NCBI RefSeq assembly: GCF_036321535.1
Contig: NC_087436.1
Location: 122,390,001 to 122,454,000, forward strand
DNA: 64,000 nucleotides
Direction: 5' to 3'
DNA from: Camelus dromedarius
Lineage: Eukaryota
Positions 1 through 11,400 of this stretch are shown here, piece after piece. The notes beneath the pieces were generated by a model. That model was not told the DNA's origin, ran no database searches, and was given only the letters and a program-made list of their open reading frames with translations. Position 1 is the first letter of the stretch; every line of letters starts with the position of its first letter. The translations under genes and the position numbers were made by a program.

Positions 1-688
1 GGCACTGGTTGGGCCCACAGTGGTCAGGGGGTCAGGCCTGGGATGGGGAGGAGAGCCAACCAGGAGCCAGACAGCTGAATCAGGGGGCCAGCTGAGGGCT
101 TTGCTTACACAGGGGCTTCATGGGGGGGGCCCCACTTAGAACCCTCCCCCTCCCCAGCTGACTGGGTAGGCAGATGCCACAGGGTGGGGTGATGGGAGAT
201 ACCTGGACATGAGCCTCAGGGCCCTCAACTTCCATAAGGTGGGGGGGGGGCGGGGGCAAACAGGAGGTTGGAGGCCCAGAGCCTTTCTTCCTTGCACCAC
301 CCACCCCCAGTGTCTCACTGCCCCTTCCACAGACACGTCACATGCATTCCCTGCCTTTGGGGACCCCAGACCAAGGCAATGAATACCACCAGGGACCCCG
401 AGGTTCTGCCCTGCCAGCGTGGGGCCCTGTGCAGCTGGACACAGAGGACCACTCTCACCCTGGCTCTGCCCAGGACTTGTCCTATCTGAGCCAGACCTGG
501 GCTGGAAACCCTTGGAGAGAGTGAGACCCAGGCAGCCAGTTCACTCTGGAGACCCTGCCCCAAACAACTAGTGACCCCTCCCTCCTCCGGGGACAGACGA
601 TGGAACCCGCCCCAGGTGGGCAGTGAGGACACGGGAGCTGCCTGGGATCCCAAGACAAGAGACAAAGCACACATCTGAACCAGATGTC

Positions 689-694
689 TTTATT
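689..694 (-). terminator. FGFR3: FGFR3 polyadenylation signal (AATAAA)
   Basis: Plus strand TTTATT at 689-694, at the end of an AT-rich 3' UTR block about 1.6 kb past the stop codon. GT-rich sequence follows on the minus strand. Confidence 0.85.
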
Positions 695-1599
695 TTTTGG
701 AAAGCACTTCTGCCGGTTTGGGCTGACACCTTTGGCCCCCACAAGGCTGGGGGCCCTGAGAACACAGACCCTGGCCCGAGCCCGCTGACAAGCAGAGAAC
801 AGCGCCCAAACGCAGGGCCATTAATGGCACCCAGAGTAACAAGACTGAATCTGTGGCTTTCTCTCCCAAGCTTTGAAAAGTAGCAGTCTGGGCTATAAAA
901 GTCTAGAAGCATTGCGTAAGAAGTGTTAAATCTACAGCAAATACATCTTGTAAAAACTCAATAAATTATATATATAGATATATATAAACTTGTAACATCT
1001 AATAACTTCTGAACCTGCGTGCAGGGCTGGCCCCCACTGGAAACTGCCTCCCCGCCTGGAACACGTGGCAATTAGAGGAACTTGTATGAAAATACCAGCT
1101 TGCTTTGAAGTCCCCCCAAAAAAATCTAAAGAAAAATCCTATAGAAATCTAACTCTCCTGCAAAAGAAGGCCAAAGGAAACAAAGCATCCTCGGAACCAT
1201 CCCAAGCTCTTCGCGGCCCCTGGGGGAGTGCGGGGCTGGCTCGCACCTTGGGGCGTGGGCTGCACGCACCCTCAGCAAACCCTCAACGAGGCATCAACCT
1301 TCCCTCTGTTAGTAAGGTAAACCTGAAACCTCTGCCACGTGGCTGGCTACACACCAGGAGTGATGGGAGGGACAGGGACACGGGCTCTGGGGTCGATAAA
1401 GAGCTTTACAAACATACAGATCCAGGTACAATTTTTAAAACAAAACTGCGATGCCAGAAAAGCCCCTCCAGCCTTTGCCGGTTTTTGCATTTGTCGGAAC
1501 AGCGAGTTCCCCAGAGCCTCCCCCAGCTAGGGACCCCCGCCCCCTGCACCCTCAGGTCTTGTGCGCACCTCAGGTGTCCCAGCCTTCCTTCTTCCACAT

Positions 1600-1603
<4 letters not shown>

Positions 1604-1659
<56 letters not shown>
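1604..1659. repeat. (AT)28 microsatellite in FGFR3 3' UTR
   Basis: Uninterrupted AT dinucleotide run of 56 bp, read directly. Confidence 0.97.
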
Positions 1660-1662
<3 letters not shown>

Positions 1663-1757
1663 GGTGTAGATCATATACACAGCATCTATTTATAGAAATG
1701 TACACTTGTGTCTGGAATAACCCTTTCAGATAGAAGTTAAAGGCTCCCGCCTTCAGG

Positions 1758-1765
1758 TACCCGTA
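1758..1765 (-). promoter_or_regulatory. miR-99/100 family 8mer site (UACGGGUA)
   Basis: Plus TACCCGTA gives mRNA UACGGGUA, which matches seed ACCCGUA plus A1. FGFR3 is a known miR-99a/100 target. Confidence 0.8.
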
Positions 1766-2296
1766 ATTTCAGTTTCTGAGGAGCAGGGTGGGAAGTGGGG
1801 AGGCCTGGAAGTGGGGGGCTGCTAACACCCCAGGCGCAAGGTGCCCCTTAGGTGGGAGGCGTGCCACGTGGGGGCTTCCCTACAGGCTCAGCTTGGGCAC
1901 TTGGAGGGGCCACAGCCCACTCTGGACACAGGAGCCTGGCCCGCCCCAAAGCTCCCTGTGGGGTGGCAGTGGGGGGAGGGGCGGGCCGGGAGCCTGGGGA
2001 GGGGCCCAGCTCCCCACCCTGAAGGGCTCCACAGGCAGGGCCCCTTACATTCCAAATTCGGTCCCTTGGTGCTGCCAGCACAGGTGGCCAGGTCACTGTA
2101 CAGCAGAGAAGGAACCCTGGGGACCCCTGCACACACACGCGCACACACACGAAGCTGTCTGTCCCATCTGTCCACCTAGACCAGGTCTCAGGCCTGGGCC
2201 AGTGGGACCCAGCGGTCTCAGCACACGAGCAGCAGCACGGTGGGCTGGGGTCCATTCTCACATTGATGGAGGCTCGGCCCGCAGGCCGACAGCCCT

Positions 2297-3734
<1,438 letters not shown>

Positions 3735-3796
3735 TCAGAGGAGCCCCGCCCCGGGACCGCCCTGGCCCCCGCCCCCACCCCGGGGTCCACACCTAC

Positions 3797-3907
3797 CGCC
3801 CTGGGTGCAGGCGCCCAGCAGGTTGATGATGTTCTTGTGTCTGCCAATCATCTTCATCATCTCCATCTCGGACACCAGGTCCGACAGGTCCTTATCTGTG
3901 GCGTCAT
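3797..3907 (-). CDS. FGFR3: FGFR3 exon 12 ([37 protein letters not shown])
   Basis: 111 nt, alphaC helix, GT-AG boundaries. Confidence 0.97.
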
Positions 3908-3982
3908 CTGTGAGAGGAAGGTAGGCACATGAGACAGCGCTGCCCCACGGGTCCAGGCCCCCTCGCCCCCTCCCTCCCTCAC

Positions 3983-4104
3983 CTTTCAGCATCTTCACCG
4001 CCACGGTGACGGGTTTCGCAGCTCGGTCTTTGTCAATGCCAATGGCCTCCGCCATGACTACCTGGCCGAAGCAGCCCTCCCCGAGAGGCTTGCCCAGGGT
4101 CAGC
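3983..4104 (-). CDS. FGFR3: FGFR3 exon 11 ([16 protein letters not shown]...VAVKMLK)
   Basis: 122 nt with the GxGxxG loop and the VAVK lysine. Confidence 0.97.
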
Positions 4105-4381
4105 CTGGCGGCAGAAGCAGAGCTATAATGAGCACTCCCACGCACTCAAGGCCCTGTCCCAGGCCACCACCTCCAGGAAGCCCTCCACACTTGCCCCTGT
4201 GACCTAGCTCATGACAACAAAGGACACTGCCCCTGGCCTCTTGGCCTGTGAGAGCACTTTCTCAGGGGTGGGTCCTCCCCAACTACTGGCGCCCAGCCTC
4301 CTCAACCAGAACCCAGCCCCGCATCCAAGAGTGGCCACAATGGCCTTCATTCCCACGTGACTCCAGATCTGCATCCAGTCA

Positions 4382-4633
<252 letters not shown>

Positions 4634-4984
4634 TCAGCAAGGGCAAGTTGGTGTCTCGGGGCCGTACAGCCAGGGTGAGGGTGAGGGTGCAGCCCCAGGG
4701 ATGGCAGGAGGAGGCTGGGCCTGGGAGGGGTGTCTGACATCCACGTGGCACTAAGAGAAAAACTTTTTAATACATTTTTGTGCTCAGAGCAACCCAGCTC
4801 CGTGTGGTGACCACAAAGACAAGGAAGGGTCTGGCCTACCCACAGCACAGATGCTGTCCCTGGGCCAGCCGCAGGCCCCAGACACTACAGGGGCCCTAAG
4901 CGCAGGAGCCCGGGAGAGTGGGCTGTGAGGGCTCCGCGAGGCTGGGGGCAGGAGGCTCGGAACGTGGTATCTACTTTCTGTTAC

Positions 4985-5175
4985 CTGTCGCTTGAGCGGG
5001 AAGCGAGAGACCTTGTGCACGGCGGGCGAGCCCAGGCCCTTCTTGGGGGGGCTGCGCAGGCGGCAGAGCGTCACGGTGGCCACTACCAGGATGAAGAGGA
5101 GGAAGCCCACCCCGTAGCTGAGGATGCCTGCGTACACACTGCCAGCCTCACCAGCCTCCACCAGCTCCTCCTCCG
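4985..5175 (-). CDS. FGFR3: FGFR3 exon 9 (transmembrane; [40 protein letters not shown]...KRQ)
   Basis: 191 nt encoding a hydrophobic TM helix, with TTTGCAG acceptor and GTAACA donor. Confidence 0.97.
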
Positions 5176-5635
5176 CTGCAAAGACACGGGCGTTGGGGGC
5201 CTGGCCCAGCCTCTCAGGAGCCCCCATGGGCTGCCCCGGGCCAGAGCCCAGTGGGGGCAGGGGAGGGGGCTCAGACTGCTGCTGGGGGTGCCAAGGCCTC
5301 AAGGCCCTACTCATAGAGGCTCTGCAGCCACAAATACCTAGGTCACCAGGGGCAGACCCAAGAAAGAAGGAGCCCAGCAAGCTAGCAGCACCCACACCCG
5401 CCACCCAGGAGATGCCACAGCCACCGCACCAGTGGCGGGGGACCCAGCTAGGACAGGGCTCTGGAGGGCAGCCCCTCTGGGCCAATACAGGATCGCATGG
5501 ACTTGTCCCCATGCCAGGCACAGGGCCTGGCTTGAGGGCTCCATGGTCCCCAGGCTGTCCCCGGTGGCTTTGGCATGTCCTGAGCTGCAGACCCAAGAGG
5601 ACAGGTGCAGAGCGAGCAGCAGCAGGAGCCGGTAC

Positions 5636-5780
5636 CTGGCAGCACCACCAGCCACGCAGAGTGATGGGAAAACCCGATAGAATTGCCCGCCAGACACGTG
5701 TACTCCCCCGCGTCCTCAAAGGTGACATTGTGCAAGGACAGAACCTCTAGCTCCTTGTCGGTGGTGTTAGCGCCCGCCGT
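5636..5780 (-). CDS. FGFR3: FGFR3 alternative exon IIIc ([48 protein letters not shown])
   Basis: 145 nt, second half of IgIII, phase 0 start and phase 1 end. Confidence 0.97.
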
Positions 5781-6190
5781 CTACAAAGAGAGAACAGAAC
5801 GCGATAGGAGAGCGCCAGCACCTCCCACGGGCACCACAGCCAGCGTCCACACGACGACGATCCAGCCAGGCTGCAAGGAAAACGCCGCCACCGCCACCAC
5901 GGCCACGGCCACGGCCACGGCGGCCGAGGGTCCTCTGCCTCGTGCGTCCACACTGAGCCCGAAGCCAGTCCCTCCACCGGCGAGTCCTCTGTCCCAAGTG
6001 AGCGCCAGGCGTGCAGCCAGCAGCAGAGCATGCAGGGTTAGTGTGAACACCAGCAAGGGGGCAGAAGGGCGGGTGGGCCGACAGACAGACAGACAGTCAG
6101 GAAGTGAGCAAGCATCAGGAGCAGGGCCAGAGAGAAAGAGAGAAAGGGAGAGACAGGAGGGAGAGAAAGACAGAGACGAGGGGAGGGAGG

Positions 6191-6194
<4 letters not shown>

Positions 6195-6238
<44 letters not shown>
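6195..6238. repeat. (GA)22 microsatellite within a longer polypurine tract (about 6125-6265)
   Basis: Read directly. Preceded by (GGGA)n and reads (UC)22 in the pre-mRNA. Confidence 0.95.
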
Positions 6239-6246
<8 letters not shown>

Positions 6247-6518
6247 AGGAGTGAGAGGCAAAAGGCAGGTGCCCAGACAGGCACAGCCCAGGGGGGAGGA
6301 CTGCAGGGGAGCTGGCAGGGGTGCAGGAGGGTCAGCACAGGCCACAGGGGCTTGGAGCAGCGGCCACAGTGGAGGCCAGAGGTGCAGAGGTGACCTCATC
6401 GGGAGCAGAGTGTGAGCTGGGGGACAGGGAGCGAGCGGCGAACGTGCAGGTGGGCGCATGGCCAGGGCGTCGGAGCTGGAGCTCGGCGTGCCAGGCAGGC
6501 ATGGGACAGAGTTGTTAC

Positions 6519-6669
6519 CTGCTTGGGGCCCGTGAACACGCAGCCAAAAGGCCTTCTCAGCCACGCCTACGAAATTGGAGGCTCGACAGAGGTACTCGCC
6601 CCCATCGCGCGCGGACACATTGGCCAGGCGGAGGCGTGCGTCAGCCTCCGCACTCTCACTGATCCACGA
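6519..6669 (-). CDS. FGFR3: FGFR3 alternative exon IIIb ([50 protein letters not shown])
   Basis: 151 nt with the same phases as IIIc and the DGGEYLC Ig motif. Confidence 0.96.
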
Positions 6670-7558
6670 CTGCGGGGACAAGAGACCCAGCTCAGGCCGC
6701 GGGAGCCCTGCCAGGCACGGGAGTGGCTGCGCAGGAGTGGGGCCCAGTCTAGACCCCGAGGCTCTGAGGCAAGAAGTGGGAGACCCCCAAGTAGCAGATG
6801 AGCGGGCTAGGCTGTGCCAACCAGGAGGGCTGCCTGGAGGAGGCGAGGAGGCACCTCACAGCAGAGGTTGTGGTTTCACTGGATGTGCCTTCTCCTCATC
6901 CACCCAACAGCCCAGAGTGTACCCCTGGCAGGTGGCCTTCAGACAGGCCCTCCCCAGAGCACTTGACCTGCCCACTGCTGGGGTCCCAGCATTGATGCCC
7001 CTGGCCTGAGACCACAGCGCACCCCTGACGGCTGGTCTGGACTCCCGCTCCCGCCCTTCAGGACCATCCTGTCTTTAAACAGATGTTTCTTTTTGGGCTG
7101 CAAGTGTCGTAACCACCCCAGCTCAGGTGGCCCCCACCCCTGGGGCCGTGGGAGCACAGCTGAGGCTGTCCTGCCCCAAGGGCCGAGGGAGGCAGGGGTG
7201 GAGGGAGGTGGGTGGGGGTGAGAGCCCCGCTCTGCACACCCTGACAATGCCCATCAGGCCAGTTCGAGGGGCAGCTGCCCGGCCTGAGGCCCAGAGGGAG
7301 CCACCTGCCTGCCCTGGGCCCTTGGGCTTCACCTCCCCCAGGGCCATCTGCAGGCCCACCTCCAAGGCTGAGACCAGCCCTGGAGCAGATAGGAGACAGA
7401 ACTCACTGCAGGGCCTGTTGTGCTGGGACCCCAGTGTGCACAGGGCCCTACCCGACCCCCACTTCTTCTCCCCACAGATCCAAGGCCCATGCCCCAACTG
7501 CTATCCCTGAAACCCTGAAACAGGCCCCCCCGCCCGTGCCCAGTCCGTGGGCGCCCAC

Positions 7559-7749
7559 CTTAAGCACAGTGACGTAGGGCGTGCCATCTGGCCCCACTTT
7601 GCTGCCGTTCACCTCCACGTGCTTCAGCCACTGGATGTGGGGCTGCGCATCGCTGTACACCTTGCAGTGGAACTCGACATCACTGCCCAGCACCGCTGTC
7701 TGGTTGGCGGGCAGCCCCGCCTGCAGGATGGGCCGGTGTGGAGAGCGCT
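7559..7749 (-). CDS. FGFR3: FGFR3 exon 7 / IIIa ([18 protein letters not shown]...VTVLK)
   Basis: 191 nt covering the IgII-III linker and first half of IgIII. Confidence 0.97.
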
Positions 7750-7824
7750 CTGTGGGGTGAGGGCGCTCAGAGGCTGCCCGGCCCGTGCCGGCCCGCTGCC
7801 CACCCCCACCAGCCCGGGCCTCAC

Positions 7825-7948
7825 CCAGCACGTCCAGTGTGTACGTCTGCCGGATGCTGCCGAACTTGTTCTCCACCACACACGTGTAGTTGCCGCGGTC
7901 CGAGGGCACCACGCTCTCCATGACCAGGCTCCACTGCTGGTGCCGCAG
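7825..7948 (-). CDS. FGFR3: FGFR3 exon 6 ([41 protein letters not shown])
   Basis: 124 nt, second half of IgII. Confidence 0.97.
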
Positions 7949-7985
7949 CTGGAGGGGGCCGCGAGGGTGAGTGGCCGGCGGGCTA

Positions 7986-8336
<351 letters not shown>

Positions 8337-9980
8337 TCAGCACCATCTCCCAGCATTCCGAGAGCCAGGCCACACGTCCCCTCACCTCTCTGTCCACTTC
8401 CCTCAAGCACAGCCTCCAGCCAAGAGTCCAGGGTGCCTCGGGTACACAAAGGTGTCTCGCAAGGACACACCCACTCACCCAGGGCAGCACCTTCATGGCA
8501 GGCCCACCAAAGGGCAGACCCAGACCAGGCCACACTGGGTTAGGAAGCCCAGCCAGATGGATGAGCAGAGCCAGGCCTTGGGAGCTGATCAGAAGGCAAG
8601 GCCCTGCCACCCACAGAAGCCAGAGCCTTGAAACTGGCCAGGAGCCCACTGGAATCTGCAAGACCCCGGACAACCCCCTGCAGTGCTCCAGAGTTTGACG
8701 AGCAGCAGGTGGGGACACTGTGACATGAAGTCCAGGAGGCCTGCCCCGCCATCCTGCTCTCCAGGACTGTCCCTACTCCCAGCCTCACAGCCCAAGTGGC
8801 TTTCCTCCTCCATTGGGGCTCAGCTGGGAAGCTGGGCAGGGGAAGCAGCCCCTCCCTGTGGCCTTCCTGCCATCCATGCATCCGTCGCAAAGAGGGTGCA
8901 GGGGCCCAGGTGGCAAGCAGTGTGGACAGGTGCAGGGAAGAGACGCCGGCAGAGCTCCAGGCTGCGTGTGTGTCCGAGACCCCAGCAGGCTGGGCATGGG
9001 AGACCGCAGGACTCAATGCAGTGGGGAAGTGCCTTCTGGAAGGCACCCCTGCCAGCAACCCTTGATGTCCCTGAGCCCACAGGGGAAGAGGAAGAAACAC
9101 CGAATGCCCGCCTGAGACGGCCAGGGTGAGCAGGCAAACAGGAGCTGAGGGAGGAGGGTGGTGGGGGCAACCGGGACGGGAGTTTGACTCTGAATTTCCT
9201 GGCAGCCAAGGGGAGAAGGAAAAGAGGGGACACTCAGCAGCTCCTGGGGCCGGAGCTGCTCCTGCCCGTCCTAGAGCCCACCCCACCTCCAGGACAGAGC
9301 CCAAGTTCCCTCTTCTCCCGGGGAACCCCCCCTCTGGTTTCCACTGGCTGGTTCTTCCTTACCTCCTAGTCTGCTAGACCTGAGCTCCATCCATGCGGGC
9401 CCCCCATTCCCCATCTCCTGCCATGTCAGACTCAGCTCCTCCAAAACCAAAACCAAATGCCCCACCTTCCCTAACCGGCCCCTTCACTGCTGGGCAAAGC
9501 CCACCTGCTGCCCGCTGTTCCAGGTGGAAGCACCTTCACGGTAAATACGCCCAAACCTTGTGTCCCCAGTGCCCAGGGCCACGCTCCTGTCCTCCTGGGA
9601 CTGCCTCAGTCGCCTCCCACTGCCCCTAACACCCCTCAGTCTGCTGGCCCCACAGCAGCCACCTGGGCTCCCTGCCCTGGTGTACACCCACGTAGGATGG
9701 GCCACCTCACCTGCAGCCCCCTCACTGCTCCTGGAGCGCGGTCTCCTCACCCACTTCTTGGTGTCCCCGTCCCACTCCCCACCTGCTGCCCAGAGCCGAG
9801 GGCTAGGCATCCATCCCCACCCCATATTAAGGGGACCTCACACTCGGAAGTTTCCAGACCTTGGTCTCTCGCCTGCCTGATAAGTAGGGGCCCCACACCT
9901 GGGGAGGGGAGGGCTGGGCCCCAGGAGGAGAGGTAGGTCCCCAACCCCAGTAGTTCCGTGTGCCCGCAACCTGGTCTCAC

Positions 9981-10034
9981 CTGTGTCTTCAGCCTCGTCC
10001 TCCCCATCTTCATCATCTCCCGAGGATGGAGCAT
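9981..10034 (-). CDS. FGFR3: FGFR3 exon 4 (acid box [18 protein letters not shown])
   Basis: 54 nt, phase 1 at both ends, TTGCAG acceptor and GTGAGA donor. Confidence 0.93.
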
Positions 10035-10185
10035 CTGCAATGCAGGCAAGAGGGAGCACGTGGGAGCTGGCCCCGCACTCTCAGGTGGTCCGCACTCAGA
10101 GGGCGCCTCTCAGGGGTGCCCCCTCTACCCTTGGGGCCCAGGAGCAGCTGGGGGAGCTCAGTGGGTGGGGCCTGCGGGCGCTCAC

Positions 10186-10452
10186 CTGTCACACGCACGC
10201 TGAAGCGGCACAGCACGTGCTGGCTGAGTGGCCGCCGGCAGCTGTAGGCCCCAGCGTCCTCGTGGGAGGCGTTTAGCACCTGCAGCCGCTGAGGCCCCAC
10301 CAGGACGCGGTCCGAAGGCACCAACCCTGCCCCATCCTTCACCCAGACGGTGGGCTCGGTGGGCCCCACTGCGGGCAGGTGACAGCTCAGCTCCACAGTA
10401 TCCCCACTGCCAAAGACCAGCTCCCGTTGGCTGGGCTCAGGGCCTGGGACCT
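10186..10452 (-). CDS. FGFR3: FGFR3 exon 3 (Ig[25 protein letters not shown]...SVRVT)
   Basis: 267 nt with the Ig-fold C...W...YxC pattern and GT-AG boundaries. Confidence 0.95.
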
Positions 10453-11289
10453 CTGTGGGCAAGACATTGGTTGTGAGGCAGGTGCCCCCAAACCAGGAGC
10501 ACTGGGGTCTCAACACCCCAGGAAGCACCAGGGCTCCCCTACCATGGCAGCAGCAGGAGGGCGGCTGGGGCCCGGAGGGCTGGGCAGGGGCTAAGGTGGC
10601 CCTGAGAGGAGGAGGAGCCTGTGGTCCCGCAGACGGTCCCCGGGGCAGGGAGGGAGCGCGATGGACACTGTCAGTCGTGCCAGCAGGTCCCAAAGGCGAC
10701 CCTACCCTCGTGGCGCTCACGCAGAAAACACGCAATGAACGGGTGGGGCCACGATCAGATAAGACACTGTGCATGGACACTGAAAACTCAGATTTCTAAG
10801 TGTCACGAAGTATTAGCCTTCCTTTGATTTCTTCAACCATTTAGAAATGCAGGCTCCACTCTGGCCTCACACCCAGTCCCAGAGCTGGAGGTGTGTTCAG
10901 CCAGCCGCAGCTGAAACAGGTGGGGACGACATGGGGTAGGGGACAAGGCAGTTTATCCCGGGGGGGTCCCTCTGGTGCCCCCAGCTTTGATTCAAAAGCA
11001 ATTCGGGACCTGAGAACAGACGCTACCCAACAGTGGAAGGGAGCACTGCCATCAGCAGCACAGCCGAACCTCCCAGAGCAGCACGCAGGCACAGCCAGCC
11101 CAGGGTCGGGGCTCTCCGGGGTAAGGGACAGACTGCACCCCGACTTAGGAAGCACCTCGTACATAAACCACACATCAGCAGTAAATCAGAGAAAACATAC
11201 ACTAAGACAAAACCCAAAAATACAAGAAGATAGGGTACCAGGTCTGGCCAGTGGGGTCTCAATACACCCGTGGGTGAGGGGTCCAGGAC

Positions 11290-11400
11290 CCCCATTTTAC
11301 AGATGAGGACACAGGCTGGGGGAGGATGTCCAGACTCAGCCAGCGAGTGAGGTGGAGGAGAACCCTCAGAGCCATGCCCAGGAGCCCTGGCCCATCTCGC
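11290..11400 (-). mobile_element. MIR fragment
   Basis: CCCCATTTTACAGATGAGGACACAGGC matches the reverse complement of the MIR core. Boundaries approximate. Confidence 0.7.

Larger units (their letters stand above)
670..2296 (-). other. FGFR3: FGFR3 3' UTR (3' end approximate)
   Basis: Lies between the stop codon (2297-2299) and the AATAAA. Contains AU-rich blocks, an (AT)28 tract and a miR-99/100 seed match. Confidence 0.8.

Noticed and set aside
6420..6510. Possible FGFR2 IAS2/ISAR-like long-range stem downstream of IIIb
   Set aside because: The best complement I found by eye was about 9 of 11 nt near 5945, which is too weak in GC-rich DNA.
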